This document shows positions 36,266-50,000 of a stretch of 64,000 bases of DNA, piece after piece (positions within the stretch are counted from its first letter, which is position 1; each line of letters opens with the position of its first letter). The DNA comes from Anthoceros angustus. Its lineage: Eukaryota; Plantae; Anthocerotophyta. Made by a program: the position numbers and the translations under genes. The notes beneath the pieces were generated by a model, which made no database searches, was not told the DNA's origin, and worked only from the letters and a program-made list of their open reading frames with translations. Location: the NCBI GenBank assembly GCA_010909165.1, contig VJWM01000108.1, positions 997,237-1,061,236 on the forward strand, read 5' to 3'.

Positions 36266-37776
36266 GTACACTGACGCCACCGTTTGAGCTTCTCGCACGT
36301 AACGGAGAGGGTATAACTGAGGCACAAAGATAACGAATTTTTCTCTACTCCGCTGTTTCGTGAAGAGGATACTGCCTAGCTTATGTGGGAGTGTTGAAAT
36401 AACCTCTTTAGCTTATATTTGTAATCTAGGCGTATGCATTAGGGTTTCACTATATAAACATTACTTCATGTAATATCACTTGTACATTATTATTTTCTCT
36501 TGGCTTTCCTTCGTGCCTTGTATGTGCTACCGTGAGCGTCATGTCAAGCTTCCTTGGCATAAATCTAGCGTTCTGTATTTTGGTTATCTGTTACCCACAG
36601 GTAGGTTGACAGGCTGCATTTGAACTCTGTTTGCAATCCTTTGTTTTCTAATCTCCCACTTGTTAAATGCGTAGGTGGAGCAAGAGGGACATGAATTTGG
36701 AGCATCAAATGTATGCAGCTTATTTGTTTTATTTGCACGCTTACATGCAACACCCCTGGAGGCTGGGTTAGCAAGTAAAGCGGGCTTTAACAATGTAAGC
36801 AACTTGAAGTCCAAATGTCCTATCTGCTCTTTCAGATCTTGTTTCAGATCGACAAAGAACACGCTTCCGATCGATGTTTTGAAAACGTCTATCAACATGT
36901 TGCTGGTGTGCTTCAATTCTGGCATTTAACTGTGATACACTTGTGTGTGGTGCGACATGTGTGGTCAGGAAACCCTTGGGATTACCGTTACCATGGAATG
37001 CTCGCTGCACACGCACTTCTGGAAGATTGTTAGGGTTTCTAGGTGGAGGGGCAAACACCAGATGGCGCTGTTCAGGGAAGAGAGTCTCAATCAATGTGTT
37101 GAATGACTGCCTTACTTCAAGAGCAAGTGCAGGTCAATTTTGCGTTCGAACTGTCCATTCCTGCGTCTGTTGGTGGAGCAGTTATGCAATCATTTGCCTG
37201 GTACTCCTTGCCCTATGCGGCGATTCTGCTGTGGAATGCGCTCAGCGCGGCGTGGCTGCCATTGTTGCCCGTCCAATAGATTGGCCATTCATTTGGCTAG
37301 GATTTGTGTTTTAGAATTTTTCGAGAAACATTTTTGTAATTCTATATGATTTTATATAAAGATTTTTGCCAATTGCTTGTTCTAGTACCTAGTGTCAAAT
37401 TGCTCTGACAATCGACAACAGTGCACTAGGACAGACTCCTAGAAATGAAAATTTTCTAAATAAAAATCAAGAAAAGAAACTACAAGTTGGTTTCTTGATC
37501 ATTTTCTTGTTTTCTCATTAGAAAATTATTTTAACAAAATATGTAATGGGTGCAGATCAATTAACATATTATTAATTACATTGTATATATGTGTATATAA
37601 GGAAAAACAAGTATATGAAAGCGAGAACTAGACTTAACTTAATAATGAAAAGGCATGACTCTTTGCTAAAGGACGTAACCCTAATGAAAGGGTAAGTAAG
37701 CTAAATTAAATCTAAGTGCACACTTTATATATGTAGATATAACTAAACCGAAATAACTCAACACTACTATCTCCAT

Positions 37777-38342
37777 TATGGCTGGCCCGACAATGGCTGG
37801 CCAAAATCCAAGAATGGCGCCCAACGCCCGATAATGGCTGGTCATACAATGGCTGGCCCCACAATGGCTGACCATACAATGGCTGGCCCCACAATGCCTG
37901 GCCCCGCAATGGCTGGCCATACAATGGTCGCCCCACAATGGTCGGCCATACAATGGTCGCCCATACAATGGCTGGCCATACAATGGCTGGCCCCACAATG
38001 GCTGGCCACAATGGCTGGCCATACAATGGCTGGCCATACAATGGCTGGCCATACAATGGCTGGCCCGACAATGGTAAAAATCCAAGAATGGCGCCAACGC
38101 CCGATAATGGCTGGTCATACAATGGCTGGCCCCACAATGGCTGACCATACAATGGCTGGCCCCACAATGGCTGGCCCGACAATGGCTGGCCATACAATGG
38201 TCGCCCCACAATGGCCCCGCCATACAATGGTCGCCCCACAATGGCTGGCCACAATGGCTGGCCCCACAATGGCTGGCCCCACAATGGCCATACAATGGTT
38301 GGCCCCACAATGGCTGACAATGGCTGGCCCGACAATGGCTGG
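37777..38342. repeat. 15-bp satellite array 2, left part; continues at 52703-53075 after Copia-3
   Basis: Same ACAATGGCTGGCC unit, split by Copia-3 with a GCTGG TSD. Confidence 0.95.
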
Positions 38343-38861
38343 TGTTAGAAAATAAAGCCTTACTCGCTTAGGGTTAATTATCGGGTTATTTATATTTAGG
38401 TTTTATTATCTAAGGGTCATCTAGTGAAGAGGCACCTAGTGGATATATAGATATACTTTTAAACACTTTTTGTATATTATTATTCTTATCAATTTGTCTC
38501 ATGTTCTTTTCTCTCCTGCTCTCCCTTTCTGGTCATGTCCTATTGTCATGTCCAATAATTATCATGGTATCAGAGCCATGAGCATATACGATTACAAACT
38601 TTGCTATCGTACACACTTCCGCTGCCCTGCAGGATGAGAACCTAAGAATCTAATTTCTATGAGCTGATATCTGGACAAGTAAGAAGGCGAATTCAAATTC
38701 AGCACCATCTCCGATCTTTGGTGAATCTTGTTGAAGACCCTGCTTCCCTTCCTGCAAGTCAGAGTTAGCCTAATTTCTATGGATTATGCTACTAATCTGG
38801 AATGATTATCCAGACGCCCAACCTGTATAGAATATTGCTGTAGTATGTACTCTAAAAAAAA

Positions 38862-39212
38862 ATGCCAAGACGCAGAAACAAGCAGGCCACAAGGCCATCA
38901 TTTTCTGGTCAACCCAGACCTGATGGAGTGCCTGCAGGATATACAGCGAATGGCAATTGTCAGCGACAATCACCATCACAGCCAATTCATCTACAAGACT
39001 GTGCACTCGTGAAATTGACAGATCTTACCAGGTTGGAACAGAAATTCCAAGTTTTGAGTGACCAGTTGTCGCGCCTACTTCTCATTGAGAAAGCAGCATC
39101 TGTATTTGCCAGAAGAAATGAGTTTGAGCGTGAGATGTATAGACCACGTCAGGATTTCTCCCGGCCAGATTCCGGATGTTCGACTAGCAGCTCGAGATTC
39201 CAACTGTGGTGA
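38862..39212 (+). CDS. extra ORF upstream of Copia-3 gag (116 aa; MPRRR start, coiled coil)
   Basis: Intact ORF between PBS and gag, with heptad-like LTDLTRLEQKFQVLSDQLSRLL. Confidence 0.5.
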   Translation: MPRRRNKQATRPSFSGQPRPDGVPAGYTANGNCQRQSPSQPIHLQDCALVKLTDLTRLEQKFQVLSDQLSRLLLIEKAASVFARRNEFEREMYRPRQDFSRPDSGCSTSSSRFQLW

Positions 39213-42200
39213 AGAGTCACAGGTTGTCGAGGGGAAAGGCACACGTGGATGCGCCTGCTCGCTCGTCTGTGTCTCGTGACATTCCATATCCTACCACAAC
39301 CGCTTTTAGGGTTAGTTCATTTCAACAATGTTTTTGAACTCATATCCCTAACGAGATCTTTTCGATAGGGGGTTTTGTGTCTCTTACTTGTTAAGTACCT
39401 CTTCACCTCGATTGGTGCCTCCTCCTATCACATCACTGCTTCCCTTGCGCTCAAAACATCACGGACTCTCTAGCAATGTCGGGCATCCTCCCCTCCTCCA
39501 CCGATTCGGATCTTTTACACTGTCTTCACGCCCGAGTTAAAAGAAAAGACCGGTTTACTGGACAAAAATATGAGCTATGGAAGGTGAAGATGAAGTCCAC
39601 TCTGCTTGCTAGAAATGTCTGGGGATATGCTGATGGTTCTATTCCAGAACCAGCATCTACAGCAACCAAGGGAGAAAAGGATCATTGGGCACATGCCAAC
39701 AGCATATGCATGGCCCTCCTCATTGCTGGTCTTTCTGAAGACCTCCTCCCCGACGTAGAATTCCTCACCAAGGCGAGTCAAATATGGCAACAGCTTGCTG
39801 ATACTTATCAAGTGCGCAATGTCATGACGTTATGTGCACTTCGCTTGGAATTCTATGGACTGGCGAAAGAAGGGATAAGGTACTTACATTGCAACAAGTT
39901 CCGTCACTTGCGAGCTCAACTTATGCAGGCACCAAAATGGATGAGATTGATGCGGTGGCTCAATTGCTTACGAGCCTCCTCCCACTACCGAATTTATCTT
40001 CACATAATGCCAAGACGCAAAACAAGCAGGCCACAAGGCCATCATTTTCTCGTCAACCCGGACTGATGGAGTGCTCGCAGGATATACACGAATGGCAATT
40101 GTCGACAATCACCATCACACCAATTCATCTACAAGGCGTACCGTGAAATTTGAGATCTTACCGGTTGGAACAGAAATTCCAAGTTTTGAGTGACCGGTTG
40201 TCGCCTACTTCTCATTGAGAAAGCAAGATCAGATTTGCGGAAGAAATGAGTTTGAGCGTGAGATGTATAGACCACGTCGATTTCTCCCGCCGATTCGGAT
40301 GTTCGACTAGCACCGAGATTCCAAGCGTGGTGAAGAGTCACAGTCGAGGGAAAGGCACACGTGGATGCGCCTGCTCGCTCGTCTGTGTCTCGTGACATTC
40401 CATATCCTACCACAACCGCTTTTAGGGTTAGTTCATTTCAACAATGTTTTTGAACTCATATCCCTAACGAGATCTTTTCGATAGGGGGTTTTGTGTCTCT
40501 TACTTGTTAAGTACCTCTTCACCTCGATTGGTGCCTCCTCCTATCACATCACTGCTTCCCTTGCGCTCAAAACATCACGGACTCTCTAGCAATGTCGGTG
40601 ACATCCTCCCCTCCTCCACCGATTCGGATCTTTTACACTGTCTTCACGCCCGAGTTAAAAGAAAAGACCGGTTCTTGGACAAAAATATGAGCTATGGAAG
40701 GTGAAGGCCATGTCGGGAGGAAGGCACAGATACCAGTGGAGAGAAGGAAGATGGAGGAAAGGTGGCAAACAGGGGAGCGTCACCGTCAAGTGATGCCGGA
40801 GGCAACGTAGATGGTGGGGGAACCTGGATGTGTGATGGCATTGTCACCGACAAGGCGTATCATACGATCTGTGTCTAAAAGCGTGAGTCGCTGAGTCGTC
40901 AGACGCTGGAGTCGCCAGTGCATGGGTGGACCGGTGATGGTCAATCAGCAACAAACAGAGGAAATTGGTCTTCCCACCTTTGTAGCCTAGCATTTACAGG
41001 GGTCCTCTGCCGTTAAAGTGGTAATTGAGGTCGCTGGATAGGTCTAGGAAGTTGTGGAGGAACCCTGAAAACAATGGTGTTGGTCTGAAGAGTCACCAAG
41101 TGACGTCGCGTCGCTTCAGTTTAGAGGCACATGTTTGTATTGCACGCAAGACGCATATGTTCATATCACTTGAAAGACGCACATGTTCGTAGTTAAAGCC
41201 AATGGCATCAGTGGCAACAAAGCTGAAAGGGATAGAGGACGCTTGAAGTGTCCAAAAATTCCAATTAATTTGTCAATAAAATCAAACATATATATATATA
41301 TGCAAGGTATGAGAGTGACGTAAGGGTTAGCACATACATATTAGTACATAAACAAGTCTTGAAGCCTATATATATATATATACGATACAAAGGAGGTACA
41401 TATAAGTACACTAATATAATATAAGTCCACTAATATAATATATATATATGCAAAGGATATGCAAAGGAGGTACATATATATGCAAAGGATATGCAAAGGA
41501 TATGCAAAGGATATGCAAAGGAGGTACATATATGTACACATACTTACATATGCATGGCCCTCCTCATTGCTGGTCTTCAAGACCTCCTCCCCGACGAGAA
41601 TTCCTCACCAAGGCAGTCAAATATGGCAACATTGCTACTTATCAAGTGCGCAATGTCATGACGTTATGTGCACTTCGCTTGGAATTCTATGGTGGCGAAA
41701 GAAGGGATAAGGTACTTACACATTGCAACAAGTTCCGTCACTTGCGAGCTCAACTTGTCAGAGGCACCAAAATGGATGAGATTGATGCAGTGGCTCAATT
41801 GCTTACGAGCCTCCCTCCCAGCTACCAGAATTTCGTATCTTCACATAATGCTCCCATTAGAACAGCAAATGTTGCTGTTGCTGCTGGACAGGCCTCTCCA
41901 CTCACCCTTGACGGGATGATAGGGGCGTTATACCAGGAAGAGCAAAGCAGGCTCATGTCAGGGTCTGGATCCAAGTCCAAAGCTGACAGAGTGTTTTCTG
42001 CTTTCCGTGGTAAACCATTCCAGAGGGGCAGGCCAAGACATGTGATAGGTACACATCCTCCTCGCCATGAGACTCGCCATGAGGCTGGTCCATCAACCAT
42101 TAAGCGTCAGGGCCCATGTAATTGGTGTGGTATCCCTGGACACTGGGCAAAGGAATGTCGTAAGAAGAGAGCTGGCGAACCTCAGAGGCTCCCAGAACTG

Positions 42201-42750
42201 CATCAACTGCCATTGTTAGAGAAAAATTCTCCAGTGCAGATTCTTCAAAGCCAGTGGTAAAAATACTGATTGTTTGTCTTACCTCATCGACACATGACAG
42301 ATCTTCTTGGTTCCTGGATTCTGGAGCCACAGCACACATTTGTCGTGATGAGTCCCAATTCACCAGTCTGCAGCTCACATCAAACGTGGAGCGTGTTTAC
42401 CTGGGTGATGAACACATTGACACGAGTTTACAGATCCTTGGTCAAGGTTGCTGTAAATTCAGACTGAATGACGAGACTGTCCTTACATTATCTGATGTCC
42501 TCTATGTGCCTCGTATGGCCAAAAACTTGTTCTCTTTGAGCAAGTTGATGAAGACCCAGTGTTTTCTTCTCCAAGTTTCAGATACCTCATGTTGCTTCTA
42601 TCGGAACTCTGCTCCGTCTATATGTGTGTTTCGGGCACATCCGGAACAGGACTTGTATCGCCTGGACATCCAATGCATCATCAGTTCTAATCCTCAGGCT
42701 CATTCTACAAGTGTAGGAAACCTTTCAGCTACTCAGCAAGCAGTTTTATG

Positions 42751-45700
42751 CCCTACTAGAAATGGCAGCCCATGTTACACTTTATGTTAAGATTTGGACC
42801 CCTGGATGTAACACTCATGTTGCAATTTTGGGGTCATGTAACACTTTTTGGGCCCCTTGTTACACTTTGGCTTGGAAACCATACCACTTTGTTGCAATCA
42901 TGTTGCAATAGTGTTGCAATTATGTTAAGATGAAGTGAGAGGTGGTTTTGCCCTCTCTCAAAATTGCAACATGATTGCAACATATAAAGTGTTACAAGAA
43001 AAGTCTTGTAACACTTTTGGAGGCTTGGTACCGAACCTCCTCCCCATCCACCATTGCCCTTTTACTTTTGCCCTTGAAATACCACGTTTTACTTGGTATT
43101 TACCACCGATACACCCTTCAATATGACCATATACAAATACCTGTATCAATACATCCTTGTACTATACGCATGTAATCTACGGTGATAAATGTACTATATT
43201 ATTCTAAGTGCTATCTGGTATTCAATTTCATATAAAATAAGTTTGTATATTACGCGTATTACATAATTACCGTATACATATTCATGGTACCATACTTTGT
43301 ATTTACTATACGTGTAAATAGCGGCGCCCTTTATACCCCTACTTTATAGCATGCGGCGTGCGGTTTGTCCTTCCACATCACCAATAGCCATCGGCTCCGC
43401 CATGGCGCCCAAGAAGATATTGTCCCCACCTATCACCTTCGTGACGCATCACGTGAGGTAACTGATCCGTTAGCTAGTTACGCAACAACGAAAATTGACA
43501 GAAATCACGATCGGAGCGGTCTTGGCGACCTTGCAATGCTCGCAAGTACAAGATCCGCTTGCGGCTGTACACATGATCCCGCCACAATCCCTTCACCAAC
43601 ATCATGTCACATTGGTTACGCATCGGTGAAAATTGAATCACGGCATGAAACGGGTCTCTACTTGAAATCACGGCATGGAACGGGCCTCCTCCTCTTCCTT
43701 TCCTCTCCCCTTCTCCTTCTTCCCATCTCCCCTCCATCTCCCCTCCTTCCTCCCCTTCTCCTTATAAAGCTTGACCCTCAAGCCGTGGCAAAAGAACATA
43801 GTTTTGAACATTTTCACCTTAGTTATAATAGTTGAGACGTGCATGTCATCTCTCAAGCTCTGTGACTAGTTGCATTCCTTTCATCAGGCAACAACGACAA
43901 GCATGTCGGTTGTAAGGTGGACGGAAATTGCACAAGCTACATTGCAAGCCGCGAACAACTTGGGACATTAATCCCACCCATCTCTTCCGATTTTCCATCA
44001 CCGCTCGAGAGCCTTTCCATCAAAAGTCAAGCTACCACATTCTCGCCCACCAAAAGCGCAATCTAATAATTTGAACAAGCGAGACCACGCAGAGCAAACT
44101 AAGGACAAAACAAAGCAATACATACACGGAAATCAATAAAGTTCGTTCACACCTTCCTCGGGATTTGAGCAAGCGTATACCACACATGATCAAAATTCCT
44201 ACATTGTGAGAACAAACAAGTTTCACTCCATGAACCTTACAATGCATAACGTCGTCATGCCGGTGGTGGTCCAACATGGTAAAGATGGACGGAAAAAGCG
44301 TTAACTCCAAGAAGCTAAGCATAAAACCATGGAAGCTGTCCTCCAATTGCACGCCACGGCACTCCATTCACGTCTGCTCGTGCGCCAACGAGCTTAGACT
44401 CGATTAGATAGCGGACTGCGATTTGCGAGCCGAGCTCGAAAGAGTGCAGTGCAACTACGGTGAAATAACGGCGAAACAAAGTCAATTGGCCATGTGTCCG
44501 ATGGCGAGCAAAAATGGAAGCACGAGCTGAAAAAGTATCCCAAGTAAGAGGTGCATTACCATCCACCGGTGGGTTCTGAATTCGAGCTCGAAAGTCCTCA
44601 TCCGCCTCACCCGCCTAAACACGTTGCTCAACCATGATCCAGATCTGGACACAGTTCATGGATCTTCCTTGATGCCACTTTCCTCTCTCGGCGAGGTTTG
44701 CTCCAAAAATGCCCTCGGTGGGCAGTAGTTCTCCGCCCCCTCCTTGTGCCTGCAATTCACACGCACTCTTCCCTGCAGGTGATCCGGACTTGTTGGTGTT
44801 TATTTTTCACTGTTTCCTTTCTGCTTGAAGCACATCACACCAAGCGCAATCGCAGTGCGGATGTCGGGCACAATTGGAAAGACTATCCATCCTCTAACGA
44901 TTCTTTGCATTTGGATCGCGGATGGCGATTGAAACCCATTCCTCGTAGACCGGTACCAGATCCGCACCATCGTGAGAAGGAGTGAGCACCGGTGGACGCG
45001 CAATGTCCGGTGACATCAAATCGGCATTCGTACAAAACCAAGTTGCTGGCGGATCTGGTGGCTGGACCCACAAATGAGGAGGAGCGGATCTGGTCCGGAC
45101 CAAGAGTGAAAGCGTGATCCGGTCGGAAAAGATAGAAGAGGAGGAGATGTTTGTGCAATCGCTTAGCAAAGGTGAGTGGCATCTTGCGCACGCGGGTGAA
45201 ACGTCTAGGCCAGTTGAACACCGCACGGCAACATTGGGCGATAAGCGCATTCGTTTGCGAGCGTGGACGCCGCCATCGGCGTATCTGCGATCACGTGCCA
45301 CTGCGCGCGCAACTGCGAGGCCCCACCACACGCCGTCTCCTTTCAAATTCGCAATCAAAATTTGGGTAGCTGGTAAGAACCGTAGTCGAGTCAAAATGTC
45401 CGTCATATCCATGTTGGAAAGTAAAGGAAAACTTACATACTAGAAATGGTATCAGCGGTGGGAGGAGCGCAACCGATGAGTTGAAGTGGGTAGCAAGGCA
45501 TGGATTGGAGAGCATGCCGAGATCGGAGTGGTATAGTGGTCGTTGAGGGTTAATGGAATGCTTAGTTGTGCGAAAGGTTGGTGCGGCGTGGTGATATGTA
45601 GGACGTGAGCTCTAAGTGATGTGTGTGCATGATTGTAGGGAAGGGAAGGAAAGCTGGTGGAAGGTGAAGGCCATGTCGGGAGGAAGGCACAAATACCGGT

Positions 45701-47070
45701 GGAGAGAAGGAAGATGGAGGAAAGGTGGCAAGCAGGGCGTCACCATCAAGTGATGCCGAGGCAACGTAGATGGTGGGGAACTGGATGTGTGATGGCATTG
45801 CCACGACAAGGCGTATCACACGATCTGTGTCTAAAAGCGTGAGTCAGTCAGGGGCGTTGGAGTCGCCATGCATGGGTGGACCGGTGATGGTCAATCGGCA
45901 ACAAAGCGGAGGAAATTGGTCTTCCCACCTTTGTAGCCTAGCATTTCTGGTCCTCTGCCGTTAAAGTGGTAATTGAGGTCTGGATAGGTCTAGGAAGTTG
46001 TGGAGGAACCACGAAAACAATGGTGTTGGTCTAAAGAGTCACCAAGTGACGTCGCGTCGCTTTAGTTTAGAGGCACATGTTTGTATTGCATGACGCATAT
46101 GTTCATATCACTTGAAAGACGACATGTTCGTAGTTAAAGCCAATGACATCGGTGGCAACAAAGTGAAAGGGATAGAGGACGCTTGAAGTGTCCAAAATTC
46201 CAATTAATTTGTCAATAAAATCAAACATATATATATGCAAGGTATGAGAGTGAGTAAGGGTTAGCACATACATATTAGTACATAAACAAGTCTTGAAGCC
46301 TATATACATATATATACAAAGGAGGTACATATAAGTACACTAATATAATATAAGTCCACTAATATAATATAAGTATAACAAGGATGTGTACATATATATG
46401 TACACATACTTATATGCAAAGGATATGCAAAGGAGGTAAAATAGGAAGAGAAGGATACCCCGGGAGATAGAGGTCCTTGTTACAATCATGTTACAAGAGG
46501 AAGAGGAAGAGTATAAAATGGTTGTGATAGGGGAGCTCCTTCTCACAATCATGATGGAGGAGAAGGAGTGAAAGAGTATAAAAGGGTGTGATAAGGGGAG
46601 CAATAACTAGCATGGTGAGGTGAGAGAGAGAGACCAAGCATTGTGTTAAGATGGTGTGAGAAGGTGGATAAGAAATTGACACCTTGAACACCAAGCCACC
46701 AAAGAGTGTTGCAATTTTGAAGTGGTACATGAAGTGAGAGACCAAGCATTGTGTTAGGATGGTGGGAGAAGGAAGAGAAAAATTGACCAAGTGAACACGT
46801 CATCAAAACGTGTTGCAAGTTGGAAGTGTTACATAAAATTGCAACAACGATCGAATAAGGGCAAGTGGGAAATTATTAACAATGCTTGTGAGAGAGGGGG
46901 GGTATCCATAAGGGTGAGGTGGGAAGAGAGAGTGCAAGGTTCGTGTTAAGATGGTTGCACTAAGCGGGGAATGACAAACTTAATACCAAGCCTCCAAAAC
47001 ATGTTGCAATGTGGAAGTGTAACAAAAATTGCAACATCGATTGTAACATAGGTGCCCTTTTCTAGTAGGG
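42751..47070. mobile_element. CACTA/EnSpm-like DNA transposon with CCCTA termini, 4320 bp, 3-bp TSD ATG; no recognisable transposase
   Basis: Perfect 12-bp TIR CCCTACTAGAAA...TTTCTAGTAGGG with ATG on both sides. Removal restores Copia-3 AVLWHARLGH. Subterminal TGTTACAC/TGTTGCAA repeats at both ends. Confidence 0.9.
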
Positions 47071-50000
47071 ATGGCACGCACGCTTGGGTCATGTTAATCG
47101 CACAACAATGATTTCCATGAGCAAGCATGCTGGTTATCGAGAACCCTTACCTTCTTGTCTGAAGGATTTGCCACTCTGTGAGACATGTGCTTTGGCCAAA
47201 CAGAAGGAACTTTCTTTTCCCAGCACATCTGCTCACAGATCTACTCAACTGCTCGCATTGGTCCATGCTGATATCTCAGGCCGCCTTCAGGTTTCTTCAC
47301 TTGGGGTGACATTATTTAACTATCAGCATGATTACAGAGATACACATGGACATTCCCATGCACAAGAAAAGCGACACCTTTCCTTTATTTCGGGATTGGC
47401 TAGTCATCGACAACGCATAAACGTTGCCTCTTGAAGTCGGTGTCCGATAATGGGACAGAATTTGTTAATACTGCCTTCTCTACTTTCCTGGAATCATAAG
47501 GCATTATACATCAGCTTATTGTCCCATACACGCAGTTAAGAACGGCGTCAACGAAAACCAGACACTTATGGGAATGGCAAGAGCTATGCTATTATGGTCG
47601 TTTACCATCCCCATATTGGGCAGAGGCAGTTGTCACGTCCACATATATTCCGAACAAAGTTACAACCGCCTCTAACCTCCAAGACACCATATGAGCTTTT
47701 CTGGAAACGTAAGCCCAGCTTACTACATCTTAGGGTATTTGGCTCCAAGGCCTTCGCATATATACCTTCTGAGAAGCGACGCAAGCTTGACAACAGGTCT
47801 CACAGCCTTATTTTTATTGGCTACAGCGAAGATGTAAAAGCTTACAAGCTTATTGACCCTTCTTCACGTCAGCCTGTCCTAGCGCGTAGTGTAACTTTCG
47901 TTGAACCACTGCAGCCAGTTGCACAGTCAGCAATTTATGACACATATTCTGGCTCAAATGTATCACCTGTTACTCTGGACGATGAGGATGATTCTAATGG
48001 AATTATTTCAGTTTACCCTCTTGATGCTGATGGTGATCCAAGTGTCCCTCCTGTCCAGCCTGTCTCACCTCCTTTTGCTCATATGAATGCTGATCCACCA
48101 GCCCAGCCTGATGTCCCTGATGTTCTTGATGCACCTGGTCCACCCTTAGATGATGCAGCACAAGCACTGTTAGATCCAGATGATTTTGCAGTCGCTGATG
48201 ATCATGAAGATGCACTCACCAAGCTTCCCTGAATGCACATGAGTTGGAATTACTGCGATGCTCACTGGTAGATGCCCCGATCCGAGATCTTTGGACTTGA
48301 CGATCTACTCGCCATCGCCCTCCACCATCGATTGGCAAGAGCCCGATATACATCTATAGACTTCCGGAAGCACACCGCATGCCATGCCTTCCATCCCTAT
48401 TGTCCCACCCGAGCTCGCCACCGAAAGAAGCATTCAGTCCGGATAAAGAAAATGCCAAAGAGCGTGACGATTAGTATTAGAGCGCCGCCGCGACTTTTTC
48501 CTTTCTAGGCCGACGTGTAAGGGCTGGGATTAATGGAGTGCGTGTTGCCGAGTGGCACGCCTCGCACATTTTGAATGGACGTGTTCATCATCCCCCACCA
48601 AATTTAAAATACCCTCCCCTTCCTCCCTGCCTCCCACCTAGCCCCTTGCTAGTCCACCAAATTTATAACTTTGCTTACATTTTACAATGTTGCTTATACT
48701 TCACAACGCAATCTACAACATGGGAGCCACATCATCGATCCCCTGTTATAAATGAACTCTAATCATATTTTTGAAATCAATACCAATAATAAAGACTTTT
48801 GACGAAATAAAGATCAAATATCAAATTTTGAGAAAGAGATTTTACAATGTAATCTACAACAAGGGAGGCACGTCATCAATCCACCGCTGCAAATGGTCTT
48901 CAATAATATTTTTTGTGATTAATAACAATAATAAAGAGTTTAAAAAAATGAAGAACACATTTCGAGAAAAATATTTTACAACGTAATCTACAACAAGGGA
49001 GCCACATCATCAATCGCTGATATATATTACCTCAAATCATATTTTTTGATTAATAATAAAAAAGAGTTTTAACAGAATAAAGAATACATTTTGAGAAAAA
49101 TATTTTACAATGTAATCTATAACAAGGAAGCCACATCATCAATTGCTATTGTAAATGGCTTCCAATCATATTTTTTTGATTAATGATGATAAAAATATTT
49201 TTTTGAAGAAATAAAGATCAAAATTTGAGAAAAAAGGCTTTACAACGTAATCTACAACAAGGGCGCCCAACGCCCGACAATGGCTGGCCCGACGATGGCT
49301 GGCCCGACAGGAGGAGGTTGCTGCTAGCAGTAAGTCATTAGCAAAAATTGCTTCATCTGCCTCCTCATCATTTTGCTGTTGTTCTTCTTCGCAGAGCAAT
49401 CTCCTCAGCGAAGTCGGAAAAACAAAGGACGCTGTGAAGAGCAAAGAGGTCGAAATCCTCCTGTAGTGGGAACAGCCCCACTTGCGGCCAAGTCCGGCTT
49501 TCATCAAAGGTGACATCAAGGCGTAGACCACCTTGTTCGAGGTACGTCATAAAGCTTGTAAGCTTTTATACCTGTATCCTATCATAAGGAATTTCTTGGC
49601 CTTAGAGCTAACTTGGTTCTCTTGGCCTTAGGAATGAAAGCGTAAGCTATGCAACCAAGGTTCAAGATGAAGGATAGCTGGTTTTCTACCAAAGAAAGCT
49701 TCATAAGGGTCTCCCTAAGATGCAGCAGGCAACTGCGTAAATAAACAGTCATGAGGGCCTCCAAGATGGGAGTGGCGGTGAGGCTTGGTGGAACAAGGAA
49801 GAAACCATCTCCTGCAGTGTTAAATTCAAGCGCTCAGCTACAACATTTTGTTGTGGTGTGTATAAGTTGTCGTCCTATCCTCATCCGCACAATAGGCTTG
49901 AAATTTGTTTGATGTGAATTCACCACCATTGTCGAACGGAGGGTTTTCACTGCTTTCCACCATCTCTCTCTGTATACTTCATGTAGTCTTTAAAATAGGA

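Larger units (their letters stand above)
25574..36586 (+). mobile_element. Ty1/Copia LTR retrotransposon (Copia-1), 195-bp LTRs 25574-25768 and 36392-36586, TSD TCTGT
   Basis: LTRs differ at 3 of 195 positions and have TG...TA termini. PBS TGGTATCAGAGC at 25769. gag, integrase (IRSDNGTEF, TPQQNGVAER), RT (QMDVCTAFL, YVDD) and RNase H (FTDADWA) present. Protease deleted; ~1.18-kb internal duplication. Confidence 0.95.

Noticed and set aside
35576-36274. 232-aa sense ORF as an env-like gene of Copia-1
   Set aside because: Non-ATG start, and it overlaps the more protein-like antisense ORF; probably its shadow.
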